Made by a program: the position numbers and the translations under genes
Notes under the pieces: generated by a model
Told to the model about the DNA's origin: nothing
The model's database searches: none
Seen by the model: only the letters and a program-made list of their open reading frames with translations
DNA from: Patescibacteria group bacterium
GTDB lineage: Bacteria > Patescibacteriota > Microgenomatia > UBA10105 > UBA927
Direction: 5' to 3'
Length of the DNA: 64,000 nt
NCBI GenBank assembly: GCA_041753515.1
Contig: JBGSUE010000040.1
Coordinates: forward strand, 8,290-72,289
Shown here: positions 45,637-55,522 of the stretch, one piece after another
Layout: every line of letters starts with the position of its first letter
How positions within the stretch are numbered: the stretch's first letter is position 1

Positions 45637-47638
45637 GGCAGCAAACAGTAACCAAGGATATTGCTAAACCCGTCAAAAACGATTCAGGTACAAATGTAAA
45701 TTCTACCACATGTTCACCCCCGGGAACTTCTACTGCACGGAAGGCAAGATTGTTTGTGATGACTGGTACCCGTTTGCCGTCGATGTACGCCCGCCAACCC
45801 GGATACATGACTTCACTTGTGGCAAGATAGGCGTTGCATGGAGAGTTGAGCGTTAAGCGTACAGAGTTAAGCGTTATGCGATCTTGGATAATTTTCGAAG
45901 TACTAACGTCTTCACAATCATTTGAAGTTTTATCCGTAACAAGAAGTGTTGTCTGCGGATCATACTTCCGTGACCGGATTGCGGCGGCGACTTCTTGCCT
46001 GTCTGAAAAAGTTTTCGCCTCCCCCGCAATATAAAACCGCGGTAGGACAGCCGAATTCTCATACAGACGTAGTCCGTAAGTGTCACTTGTATAAAGGAGT
46101 TTATACTGACTATTGCCTATTAACGTATCATACGCAAACGGAACAAGAACATACTGGACGTTAAGAAAATTTACATATGGAGATGTCATGTCCACATATG
46201 GAATTTGGACGTTGTGCGATAAAATACTCGACGTTTCACTTCCGTTTGACGCATCAATAAAATCATAATAATTTGAAAGCATCGACGGATCGTACCCAGT
46301 TGCCGACTCAACTCCATACACTATGCCAGCATCAAAATCGAATGCATTACGCTCTTGAATCCAGTTTGCATAATTCGGGAGTATCCGTCCGTTTTTTAAA
46401 GATCGTATTGTTGAATCATATGTCAACTCCGGCAAAGGTTTGATTTCAATCAGATGTTTTGCAGGGATATACAGTTCTATAAACAAAATACAGACAAACA
46501 GACCACGCAGCCAACTTTTCCGCACAAGCGAAAATCCTGTTCCTGCAAGACACGATACCGCAAAAACGGACAATACCATGTGACGCGCCGGAAAACGGAT
46601 ATGCCTATATAACGGCATCAGTTCGTATAGTATTTTATTTCCGTCTACTGGGCTGTTTGGTCCAAATGAAATCCAAAGTGCAAACAATGCGATGAGTGCA
46701 AATCCGATAGTACGCTTTTTTATTAATGCATACACGGCCAAAAACAGTGCTGTAACACTGAAAAAGAAAGCTTGTTCATGATAGTTTGGCGGAGGCCCTA
46801 CAAATGTTGTTTGATCTCCTAAGATAAACGGACTAAACAATTGTTGAAGCGATGAGGGGACAAGCGATCCCACGCTCACCCACTCATACGGAAAATCGGT
46901 ACTGCGCACACTTTTTCCCATAAATTCCGCCTGCGGCAACAACTGGAATGCGGACAGCAATAGCGCAAGACACAAAGATATCGACATAACGACAAAAGAT
47001 TTCACTGATTTTTGCAGAAGCATGAGAATACCGACGGCTTCGAGTGTAAACATAGCGACAGTCTGATATCCTGCAAGAATCTGAAAAGCAAGAGATACTG
47101 CTGCCAGAAGAATATGTTTCCGTGTCGGTGTACGAAACAGTAACATGAAACTACCAATGACAAACGGTATAAGCGCGCTTGCCGCCACTGTATCTGCGTG
47201 TCCGGCCCAAGTGCGGGCCAGAAAATACTGGGACAATCCGAACGCCAGTGATGCACCGATTGCACTTACCGTATCAAGCCGGAGGACTTTTTTTGAAAAC
47301 CAGTACATTGCCCAGAGGGCGATAAATATATGTATCGCAAACGTCCAACCGTATGCCGCATTGAACGGCATGAAAAAAAATTTCCAGTTGACCGGATAAA
47401 AAGCGGCAACAGACGGATTTGCGGCATACGGCATGCCGGAAAATACATACGGATTCCACCACGGGAATTGTCCGGATAGAATGCTGCCCACAAAATACCT
47501 GCGGAAAAAACCGTAGGAGCGCCACATGTCATCGGCAAACAGTGCATACCCGTCGGGGGGGAATAAAACCTGACCAAATAAAAACAGAACAACCGAGACA
47601 AACAGAAGAAAAATAATTATAGATTCTTTTATCCACAT
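45614..47638 (-). CDS. YfhO-family GT-C membrane glycosyltransferase
   Basis: GQFPWWNPYVFSGMPYAANP. C-terminal periplasmic domain MYPGWRAYIDGKRVPVITNNLAFRAVEVPGGEHVVEF is typical of YfhO. Confidence 0.75.
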   Translation of the reverse strand: MWIKESIIIFLLFVSVVLFLFGQVLFPPDGYALFADDMWRSYGFFRRYFVGSILSGQFPWWNPYVFSGMPYAANPSVAAFYPVNWKFFFMPFNAAYGWTFAIHIFIALWAMYWFSKKVLRLDTVSAIGASLAFGLSQYFLARTWAGHADTVAASALIPFVIGSFMLLFRTPTRKHILLAAVSLAFQILAGYQTVAMFTLEAVGILMLLQKSVKSFVVMSISLCLALLLSAFQLLPQAEFMGKSVRSTDFPYEWVSVGSLVPSSLQQLFSPFILGDQTTFVGPPPNYHEQAFFFSVTALFLAVYALIKKRTIGFALIALFALWISFGPNSPVDGNKILYELMPLYRHIRFPARHMVLSVFAVSCLAGTGFSLVRKSWLRGLFVCILFIELYIPAKHLIEIKPLPELTYDSTIRSLKNGRILPNYANWIQERNAFDFDAGIVYGVESATGYDPSMLSNYYDFIDASNGSETSSILSHNVQIPYVDMTSPYVNFLNVQYVLVPFAYDTLIGNSQYKLLYTSDTYGLRLYENSAVLPRFYIAGEAKTFSDRQEVAAAIRSRKYDPQTTLLVTDKTSNDCEDVSTSKIIQDRITLNSVRLTLNSPCNAYLATSEVMYPGWRAYIDGKRVPVITNNLAFRAVEVPGGEHVVEFTFVPESFLTGLAISLVTVCCLILLLRR

Positions 47639-47645
47639 TTACATA

Positions 47646-47731
47646 TGTGACATCGCGAGCCAAGCTCAGCTTGGCGTGGCGATCCCGTTTAAATTACGGG
47701 ATTGCTTCGTCGATGACTTCTCGCAATGACA
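47646..47731. repeat. inverted-repeat element E9 (type B), 8 bp upstream of the yfhO start
   Basis: gtgacatcgcgagccaagctcagcttggcgtggcgatcccgtttaaattacgggattgcttcgtcgatgacttctcgcaatgaca. Confidence 0.7.
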
Positions 47732-47744
47732 GTAAAAATCTTAT

Positions 47745-48605
47745 TCATTTTTTCCGGGCTACTACTGCGATATTATCATACATCGGCAGGTAAACAGGAA
47801 CACTTTCAACTCCCAACTTCTTAATGAGACGATTCAAAAATCCCAATCCCGGCCAGTCTGCACTCGTTGCCGCAAGGTGAAATATATAGGCAAGTGAAAG
47901 CCATTTCCCTATCCGATACCAGGTAACCGGCATAAATCCCGATCGCGACAGCACTGTACGGATTCCTACTTTGTTAAAACAATGTATATGCTGTGGAGGC
48001 GTAAAAAATGTCCAGTGTTCCCTCAATATTTTTGCAGCAACACTATTTGTGTCACCGGTTGCTACCAGTAGTATTCCGTCTTTTTTCAGCCACGAATAGA
48101 CTTTTTTCAGATTACCTACCGGATCCTCAAGATGTTCGAATACGTCAAGCATGGTAATGACGTCAAATGACTCTTTGGGATATGTGACGGAAGTAATCGT
48201 CCCGACCTGAATATGACTGTTTAAAAACTTCGGCGCCCGTGATACCGCAAAGTCGGAAGGATCAAACCCATATACATCAAAACCTTTCTCACTCATCAGT
48301 TCCATAAAAAATCCCATCGCACACCCGATATCCAGAAGTTTCCCTTTCTTTTTGTACTGCGCAATTACTTTCGTATGATGGTTCCAGTTCCGGGTGATAA
48401 ACCGCTTATCCTCTTCATACTGGGCATACGCTCCGCATTCCTCCTCACCGCGGAAATACCCTTTGCGGTAAAATTTACGGACAAACGGTTCGTAGGACTG
48501 CTTCAGGTTCGTGGACACCAAATGGCAGCTGGGGCACCGGTACATATCCCACCCGCGTTTGGTAAACATAAGGGACATTTTTGAAGAACACAGGTAACAC
48601 TTCAT
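47745..48605 (-). CDS. SAM-dependent methyltransferase with N-terminal zinc-ribbon (CxxC...CxxC), sugar C/O-methyltransferase-like; start trimmed to MKCYLCSS
   Basis: CYLC...CPSC Zn ribbon. Motif I LLDIGCAMGFF. Confidence 0.65.
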   Translation of the reverse strand: MKCYLCSSKMSLMFTKRGWDMYRCPSCHLVSTNLKQSYEPFVRKFYRKGYFRGEEECGAYAQYEEDKRFITRNWNHHTKVIAQYKKKGKLLDIGCAMGFFMELMSEKGFDVYGFDPSDFAVSRAPKFLNSHIQVGTITSVTYPKESFDVITMLDVFEHLEDPVGNLKKVYSWLKKDGILLVATGDTNSVAAKILREHWTFFTPPQHIHCFNKVGIRTVLSRSGFMPVTWYRIGKWLSLAYIFHLAATSADWPGLGFLNRLIKKLGVESVPVYLPMYDNIAVVARKK

Positions 48606-48610
48606 AATTT

Positions 48611-49885
48611 TTAAAGTATACCAGAAGCTATCCGCAATTTTCTTGCAAGCACGGCTACCCCATTGACTGAAGACAGAATCAGGAATGCATAAAACGGAAT
48701 AGTAATCCTGTATTCGGCATGGGTCAGGGAAAACGTAAGCGTGCCATAGAGTACTGTCCCGATAATGCTCATCCACACAAACCGTTGTATCTTATTTTTG
48801 GCCTTTACGGCTCCATTTACCATACCAATACCGGCAGTGAGTAAAAGCAGGATGTTGCCCGCGTATACGATACGGCGTGTTTGTTCAAAAAACGGTTCCT
48901 TATAAAAGAAAATATTCTCTTTCTGCCATACATACCACATCTTGAAAAACCGCCATCGGATATAATCCACGGGATCTTTTTTTATAAGATCCCACGCTTT
49001 GTTAAAATATTTCTCTGCCATAGCTTTTCGCTCTTGCGGTCCCCTCTCCGGATAATATTCACTGTAATATTCCCAAAACATCTGCATCGTTTCAACAGGA
49101 TAGATGTATGTAAAAGGAGGCAATACTTTCAGGATTACCCCGTTGTACATTTCCTTGGCATAAAAACTGTCTACCGTTGTGGCACTCACCTGCCCGTACG
49201 TTGTCCAGTTAACGTAAAGAGGATATATCATACTGACAATCATGCCCGCAAAAATTGCCGCGACCGTTGCTTTTTTCACTATCCATGAATGCGCCAGATA
49301 GACGGCGCATACAATGGGTATAATCGTCCAGGCAAATGCGGCATTGCGCGTTTCGGCAGCCATACCGGCCGAAAAACCGAAGAGAATACCGGTGAACACT
49401 GAGGGTTTCTGTATATACCACACTCCGGATACCAATGTGAGTGTAATGAAAAACGTGGTGAGCACTTCCGACAACCCTACCCCCACATAACCGCTGGTAA
49501 ACGGATTTACGGCATACAAAAACATACCCGCAAACGGCAAGATTGTTATTTTTCCAGAAGCTTTACGCAGAAGAATATACACAAAGACAGCAGTCATTGC
49601 ATCCATCAGAGCCTGCGCACGGAATAATGCATCGTGGTCTGCCCAAGCAGTCAGTTTATATACAAGAGTCATGAATAACGGGTACGGATACGAACGGTAT
49701 GTGTGGGCTGCCAACAGATTCGGGCTCCAGTACATTTTGATGGCATACCGCTCATATTCTTCCTGGTCCCATGCAAACGGTTGGGGCGCAAGAGTGATAA
49801 ACCACAAGCGGAATGCGATGGCAAAGACGAATACGAAACATACAAAAAAAACTTCCTTCATTGATTTATAATATTGTTCATTCAT
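48611..49885 (-). CDS. ArnT/PMT_2-like GT-C membrane glycosyltransferase
   Basis: LAPQPFAWDQEEYERYA...LFMTLVYKL...NPFTSGYVGVGLSE. C-terminus KMWYVWQKENIFFY is shared with 54275-55522. Confidence 0.65.
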   Translation of the reverse strand: MNEQYYKSMKEVFFVCFVFVFAIAFRLWFITLAPQPFAWDQEEYERYAIKMYWSPNLLAAHTYRSYPYPLFMTLVYKLTAWADHDALFRAQALMDAMTAVFVYILLRKASGKITILPFAGMFLYAVNPFTSGYVGVGLSEVLTTFFITLTLVSGVWYIQKPSVFTGILFGFSAGMAAETRNAAFAWTIIPIVCAVYLAHSWIVKKATVAAIFAGMIVSMIYPLYVNWTTYGQVSATTVDSFYAKEMYNGVILKVLPPFTYIYPVETMQMFWEYYSEYYPERGPQERKAMAEKYFNKAWDLIKKDPVDYIRWRFFKMWYVWQKENIFFYKEPFFEQTRRIVYAGNILLLLTAGIGMVNGAVKAKNKIQRFVWMSIIGTVLYGTLTFSLTHAEYRITIPFYAFLILSSVNGVAVLARKLRIASGIL

Positions 49886-49901
49886 AAATGTATTTATTTA
49901 T

Positions 49902-49977
49902 TGTCATTCTGAACGAAGTGAAGAATCTCGTAGTAGATTAGATCCTTCATCCGCCTGTTGGCGGATTCAGGATGACA
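49902..49977. repeat. inverted-repeat element E5, 17 bp upstream of the start at 49885
   Basis: tgtcattctgaacgaagtgaagaatctcgtagtagattagatccttcatccgcctgttggcggattcaggatgaca. Confidence 0.7.
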
Positions 49978-49978
49978 T

Positions 49979-51724
49979 TCATCGATACTCATAAATGAAT
50001 ACGTTTCCGTTTTCGTAAAGTTTCGTCAGAAACGGATAAAATTCATCCAAATTTTTCCCTCCGGCATCTTCGCGCTCCTGCGGCCCGAAAAATATGTAGT
50101 GCAGTCCGGTTTCTGACAAAAACTGCCGGGCATCGTCAGGCGGCATCGTCCCGCTGAAAAATGCTTTCACATACATCTTTTTCTCCTGGCTTCCCACCGT
50201 GTTGTCATGCCCCACATACACGGTATTACCGGAGTAGACGGGGATATAATTGCCGGCAGTTGTCTGAGACAAAATGGCGGTATCCCTGCTTGTGTTGTCC
50301 TGAAGCCAGACAATGGCATCGATAAAATCGTTTAAGGGATACATCACGTAACTGCCTGTGGGTACCAACGGATACGCGGCAACTATTTTATGAACCACGA
50401 AGTCCCTTTGCCAGAGCCATGACGAATACATGTGCATGAGATTAAGCACCAATAAACCTAATGGAATCACGTAGATCAGATCAGGAAATGTATATAAGAG
50501 TTTTGATTTCTTTTTATCAAAACCTTTATTTTTAATATATTTTTCAATGGAATACCTGAGAGAAAGATACAGTTGATAAAAAAGATAGACACTCAATATT
50601 CCTAATGGAATGTGGACAATCATTTCGGAAAACCGCAACGGACTCTGTTGGGGAATAAACTGAAAGATAAACAGGAGCGCTGCCCATGCTAATACCCAAG
50701 CAACGGGCAATATCATGAGCTTGTCACGTTTTTTCAATGCAATGACTGCTCCAAGAACCCCAAGCGGCAGCATGATGCCGACTGCCTGCAGATATTCGTA
50801 ATACTGAAACGGCAGTGGCCGGAGAACATCGGCAAGTGCAAGCTCCTTCCAGGGGTAAAATGTCACCATCAACTGTAAATACGCCATCGACGGCAAGGCG
50901 ATAATCGACAAAAAAAGCCTGCCGAATACATGTCTGCCAAACCATACCCGGAAGTTTTTTTTCACCGGCCGATCAAACCAGAATTCAAGTACTGTCATGA
51001 CGGCAAATCCTGCGTACACAAATACAAGCCCCGGCGGGAAAATAAATCCGAGAACAAATGACAGTATCCCTAAAAATATCCAATTGCGCGGTTTTGCTAT
51101 GGTGGCAAGATCGGATCCGGCAAAAAGAACAAATGCCAACAGAATCTGTCCGACGAGCAGGTGCGGAATGAAAGTAATCCGCTGCAGGGAATCCATCACA
51201 CTCCACCATGCCATGTATCCTCCGATGCGCAAGGATCCGTCATCCATGGTTACGAGTTTCGGATATGTACTCGCTGTGACGGCAAACAAAAATCCAAGAA
51301 TGGAAAGTCCGTATTTTGTGAAAGATCGTTTAGCAATTTCTGCAGTGACTATCAAGAGTACAAATCCGAGAACAGTCCGGGTTGCGTGATATATATCACT
51401 TGTCCGGTGCCAATTGATATGCACCCACTTCCCGATCCATCCGAGAACCAGATAAAATACGTGTACAAAAGAGCCCTGATGCGGTTCGCTCGTATACTTT
51501 TCGTGAACTGTAAGGTGTCCTTCCAATCCCTGTCTAATACGCGAGAGATAGAAATTAAAATCCGTATAGAAATTATGCACCAGCTCGAATCGCCGCTCAG
51601 GCCGTATGGTATCCGCTTTACCAATCTCAAAAAACATCGGCCAGAGGGAAAAGATGACAAAAAACAGGGAAAGGAGTACAAATGTGTAAGGTTTTAACAA
51701 CGCGAGCAATTTATTCATAGTCAT
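49979..51724 (-). CDS. GT-C-like paralog family member 4
   Basis: RRFELVHNFYTDFNFYLSRIRQGLEGHLTVHEKYTSEP. C-terminus FYPFLTKLYENGNVFIYEYR. Confidence 0.55.
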   Translation of the reverse strand: MTMNKLLALLKPYTFVLLSLFFVIFSLWPMFFEIGKADTIRPERRFELVHNFYTDFNFYLSRIRQGLEGHLTVHEKYTSEPHQGSFVHVFYLVLGWIGKWVHINWHRTSDIYHATRTVLGFVLLIVTAEIAKRSFTKYGLSILGFLFAVTASTYPKLVTMDDGSLRIGGYMAWWSVMDSLQRITFIPHLLVGQILLAFVLFAGSDLATIAKPRNWIFLGILSFVLGFIFPPGLVFVYAGFAVMTVLEFWFDRPVKKNFRVWFGRHVFGRLFLSIIALPSMAYLQLMVTFYPWKELALADVLRPLPFQYYEYLQAVGIMLPLGVLGAVIALKKRDKLMILPVAWVLAWAALLFIFQFIPQQSPLRFSEMIVHIPLGILSVYLFYQLYLSLRYSIEKYIKNKGFDKKKSKLLYTFPDLIYVIPLGLLVLNLMHMYSSWLWQRDFVVHKIVAAYPLVPTGSYVMYPLNDFIDAIVWLQDNTSRDTAILSQTTAGNYIPVYSGNTVYVGHDNTVGSQEKKMYVKAFFSGTMPPDDARQFLSETGLHYIFFGPQEREDAGGKNLDEFYPFLTKLYENGNVFIYEYR

Positions 51725-51740
51725 GAATTACCCATTCCAT

Positions 51741-51821
51741 TGTCATTCTGAGCATTCTGATGCGAAGAATCTAGTTTAATCATAATTACTAGATCCTTCG
51801 GCCTTTAGCCTCAGGATGACA
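51741..51821. repeat. inverted-repeat element E6, 17 bp upstream of the start at 51724
   Basis: tgtcattctgagcattctgatgcgaagaatctagtttaatcataattactagatccttcggcctttagcctcaggatgaca. Confidence 0.7.
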
Positions 51822-51859
51822 TAAGACTGCGTGAGTACTGCATAGTATGACGTGCAATC

Positions 51860-53422
51860 TTATTGGATACTTACTTTATATATCACGACATCATTGTTTT
51901 GGTAAACAGGTAAATAAAACGGATTTTTCAAAAATCCGTCCGTTTCTTGGTACCCCTTGTAGACAAACCGGATATTGTTGTCGTTCAGGAATTTTTCCGT
52001 CGACGCCTGGTCCCACGCACCGTCAAAAAAATTGTTTTTGTTTGCCTCCATGGCAAGACCTGTCTCATACGGCCAGCCCTGCTTGTTGCCATACACATAA
52101 TTATGGGAATATAAAAGAATATTATTGGCAGCTTCGTACGATGCAATCACCGTGCTTTCCACAGGAGTATTTTTATCCAGCCACCCGTATGCGTCCATCA
52201 TGCCGGTTGAGGGAAATTTGAATAATGAATACGACATATAATCCGTATTGGCGATTAATCCTGTTTTGAAATCATGATAGAAAGCCGGGAGCAGGAGGAG
52301 TATTACGGTTAAAATAATAATTTTGTTACGCAACAGATATACTGCCCCGTACGCCATGGGAATAAAGTAGAGGGACTGGATAAACCGCACGCGCTCCGCC
52401 CGAAAATATTTATACAGAAAAAAGAAAAACAGGAGCTGCAAGATAAGCCACACGGCCATATACACGGTTTTTTCATCACGGAGTTTTGTACGCAGCAATG
52501 ATACTGCAATACCGATTGATCCGATCCAAAACACCGGTCCGAAGGCAATAAGATCCCCCGCAATCGTCTGCCAGCCGATAGTCTGGCCGGAGACGTACTC
52601 TTCAAACGACAGGACCCAGTTTGTGGGATACTGATGGGTATAGTGGTAGGAAATAGCCATTCCTACCGCCAATCCGCTCACCGTTGATACATACGTCGTT
52701 GCTGCTGTTTTTTTCGTAACAATTCTATACAGAATCATCACGCCGGATAGTGAACACAAAAGGAGTGAAAATGCCGGATGCATCGTTCCCATTACCGTTC
52801 CCATGACGAATGATGCCCCGACTATCCATTTTTTCCTGTGATATTTGTTATTCAGATTGATAAGAGTTAAAAAAAGAAAGAGTAATGCGCCAAAAAGGTA
52901 GTGCGGACGGCTGGCAAACCTGAGGGCTACGTTGTCGATAAACCCGAACTGTGTCAAAACTCTGTATCCGCCCTGCGCGTAATATCCAAACGAAGTAGAC
53001 AGGGCAGCAAGCATTCCTGCTTGAAGTGCAAATGTTTTTCTGCCACCAACAACCAACAGAAGCCTGATCATGAAAACGAAAAAAAGTATCCCTCCTGAAA
53101 TTCGTATAAGATGATACCCGACCGGAGCCGATACTCCCAAAAAACCGGTCAGCTTCCCGCCCCAGACATAGAGCAGATGGACGGTTGAAAACGACTGAGG
53201 CGGCGGGACAGAACGGATACGGAAATAATTGGCGCCATACATCCCTTCTTTTACATAGGAGACATATCCCACATAGTCATCCACAAACCCTTCCATCCAG
53301 GTATATCCGCGGCCTTCCGGTTTAGTGAAATACGGCACCACCGTCCCCGCCATCCCCAATGAAACAAAAAGGATTGAAAGAATAACAGTAATTACCGCAA
53401 ACTTCCCTGATGATTTGTTCAT
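51860..53422 (-). CDS. GT-C-like paralog family member 5 (start trimmed to MNKSSGKFAVITVILS)
   Basis: PEGRGYTWMEGFVDDYVGYVSYVKEGMYGANYFRIRSVPPPQSF. C-terminus NPFYLPVYQNNDVVIYKVSIQ. Confidence 0.55.
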   Translation of the reverse strand: MNKSSGKFAVITVILSILFVSLGMAGTVVPYFTKPEGRGYTWMEGFVDDYVGYVSYVKEGMYGANYFRIRSVPPPQSFSTVHLLYVWGGKLTGFLGVSAPVGYHLIRISGGILFFVFMIRLLLVVGGRKTFALQAGMLAALSTSFGYYAQGGYRVLTQFGFIDNVALRFASRPHYLFGALLFLFLTLINLNNKYHRKKWIVGASFVMGTVMGTMHPAFSLLLCSLSGVMILYRIVTKKTAATTYVSTVSGLAVGMAISYHYTHQYPTNWVLSFEEYVSGQTIGWQTIAGDLIAFGPVFWIGSIGIAVSLLRTKLRDEKTVYMAVWLILQLLFFFFLYKYFRAERVRFIQSLYFIPMAYGAVYLLRNKIIILTVILLLLPAFYHDFKTGLIANTDYMSYSLFKFPSTGMMDAYGWLDKNTPVESTVIASYEAANNILLYSHNYVYGNKQGWPYETGLAMEANKNNFFDGAWDQASTEKFLNDNNIRFVYKGYQETDGFLKNPFYLPVYQNNDVVIYKVSIQ

Positions 53423-53455
53423 GGTGGAGAATGTATTAGTTAACATGCAAATTAT

Positions 53456-53550
53456 GTCATCGCGAGTCCGTTCTGACGGCGTGGCGATCCCGACGGGATT
53501 CCTGCCTGCCGGCAGGCAGGACTTCGTCTCTACGTTCCTCGCAATGACAC
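53456..53550. repeat. inverted-repeat element E10 (type B) containing the second copy of the perfect 20-bp palindrome CCTGCCTGCCGGCAGGCAGG (about 53502-53521)
   Basis: tgtcatcgcgagtccgttctgacggcgtggcgatcccgacgggattcctgcctgccggcaggcaggacttcgtctctacgttcctcgcaatgaca. Confidence 0.7.
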
Positions 53551-53600
53551 TTTTAAACAAATTTCATCTTTGTTATACCTGTTATTATATAATAGATGCC

Positions 53601-54278
53601 ATGCTGAAACTGATCATTTTTGATTGGGACGATGTTATCACGACAGGGGCAAAGAATGGGTATTATGCCTGCTACCAAAAAGCACTTGAAGCAGACGGGA
53701 TTTCGTTAGACCCCAATGAATTTGACGCGCGTCTCAAACGCAAATGGGGCCAACCGTACAGGGAAGAAATAAAAGAACTGCTCAAGGAATATCCGCACCT
53801 TGTTGAAAAAGCGTGTGATACATATCAAAAGCACAAATTCGGTAACACATTCATTGATAGTCTTCGCCCCATACCGGGGGTTAACACTCTTTTCACACAA
53901 CTGAAAAAAACGTACATTTTAGCTGTAGCTACGGCAAATCAGCCCAAAATGCTTTCAAAGATTATCACAAAATTCAACATACCGGATGTTTTTTCACAAA
54001 TTGTGACTGCGTATGACCCTGAAATACCTCCACATAAAACAAAACCTGACCCCCTCATGCTTCAAATCATTCTTCAAAATCACAATATTCAACCTGATGA
54101 AGCAATCTACGTGGGAGACGCTTCAAATGACGTTCAGATGGCAAAAAATGCCGGAGTCGCTCCGGTCGTTGTCCTCACCGGACATCTCTCGCAGCAAGAG
54201 GCAAAAGAGCTTGGGGTTGAATGGATTCTCCCAGACGTAACACATCTGCCGGAAATTTTCGATTCTGTGTGTCTATGA
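53601..54278 (+). CDS. HAD-superfamily hydrolase (phosphatase; start trimmed to MLKLIIFDWDDVITTG)
   Basis: Motif I FDWDDVI. Motif III K. Motif IV GDASNDVQMAKNAG. Confidence 0.75.
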   Translation: MLKLIIFDWDDVITTGAKNGYYACYQKALEADGISLDPNEFDARLKRKWGQPYREEIKELLKEYPHLVEKACDTYQKHKFGNTFIDSLRPIPGVNTLFTQLKKTYILAVATANQPKMLSKIITKFNIPDVFSQIVTAYDPEIPPHKTKPDPLMLQIILQNHNIQPDEAIYVGDASNDVQMAKNAGVAPVVVLTGHLSQQEAKELGVEWILPDVTHLPEIFDSVCL

Positions 54279-55522
54279 AAAAGAGAACCATTGAAATTAC
54301 TTCAATACTTTTTTTTGCAATTCTTGCTTATTTTTTCAAATACTGGCTTATTGAATTGGCTCCCCAGCCGGTGGTATTTGACCAGACTGAATACCTGAGT
54401 TTTGCCAAATTGATGATTGAGAAAGGTCTGTATACACCGACCTCACGCACATACGGCTACCCCCTGTTTCTTATTCCCCACATACTGCTGTCGCAGGATC
54501 CTGTCCGGTCCACAATCAACACACAGGTAGTTCTCGATGTAGCAAGCGGCATTCTTCTGTATATTCTTGCGTATAAACTATTCAGGTCAAAAATTGCTGC
54601 ATGGGTCGCAATGCTCATCCAGTTCTTCAACCCGTTTACCAGCGCATATGCCGGCGTCATACTTACGGAAACAGTTGCTGTTTTTTTGAATGTGGTAATA
54701 CTTTTTCTTTTCTATGCGGCATCCGTAACAAAACGGACAATGAAAAATATATCGCTCGTATTACTTGGTATAGTAATCGGGTATGCTTTTGAAACCAGAC
54801 CGGCGATCTATCTGTGGGGCATAGCATCTCTCGCAATCATTGCCTACCTTATTCCTAAAAAAAGGGTTGCCGCGGCAATTCTTGTCGGTTGCGGCATACT
54901 CCTCTCAAGCCTTTATCAGATTTCTGCAAATCTCACGCTCCACGGACAATTTTCTTTTATAACGGTAGACAGTTTCTTTGCACGGGAACTGTACGACGGG
55001 ATTCTGGTAAAAAACGCACCTCTTTTTCCAAATACCCCGGAGGCATACCCTCCTGAAATGCGTACCATGTATCAGGAATACTCTGTGCTGCCAAAAAATG
55101 CAATTGAACGCAAGGCTATGGCCGATAAATATTTCAACAAGGCCGTAAATCTCATCAAAGCTGATCCGGGTGACTATGTCCTGGCACGGTTTAAAAAAAT
55201 GTGGAGTATGTGGCAGAAAGAAAATATATTTTTCTACTGGGAACCGGATTTCGAAAAACACAGACTATTCACTTATACGGCAAATCTCGTAGTGCTTTCT
55301 CTGTCAGCATTTGGATTGCTGAAGAATATAGTAAAAGGCGGGAGTTTCCATATTTTTACGCTCTCAATACTTCTCTTTATGACCATTGCAATTTCCGTCT
55401 CACATGCGGAACCCCGCCTTACGATTCCTGCCTACCCCATTTTATTTCTCTATGCCGGCTACTCAATCAATGCGCTCATACACAATATACGAACTGTTTC
55501 TGATCATCTCACGGAATCCTGA
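54275..55522 (+). CDS. ArnT/PMT_2-like GT-C membrane glycosyltransferase (start trimmed to MKKRTIEIT; ATGA overlap with the HAD stop)
   Basis: LAPQPVVFDQTEYLSFA...NPFTSAYAGVILTE...KMWSMWQKENIFFY. Confidence 0.65.
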   Translation: MKKRTIEITSILFFAILAYFFKYWLIELAPQPVVFDQTEYLSFAKLMIEKGLYTPTSRTYGYPLFLIPHILLSQDPVRSTINTQVVLDVASGILLYILAYKLFRSKIAAWVAMLIQFFNPFTSAYAGVILTETVAVFLNVVILFLFYAASVTKRTMKNISLVLLGIVIGYAFETRPAIYLWGIASLAIIAYLIPKKRVAAAILVGCGILLSSLYQISANLTLHGQFSFITVDSFFARELYDGILVKNAPLFPNTPEAYPPEMRTMYQEYSVLPKNAIERKAMADKYFNKAVNLIKADPGDYVLARFKKMWSMWQKENIFFYWEPDFEKHRLFTYTANLVVLSLSAFGLLKNIVKGGSFHIFTLSILLFMTIAISVSHAEPRLTIPAYPILFLYAGYSINALIHNIRTVSDHLTES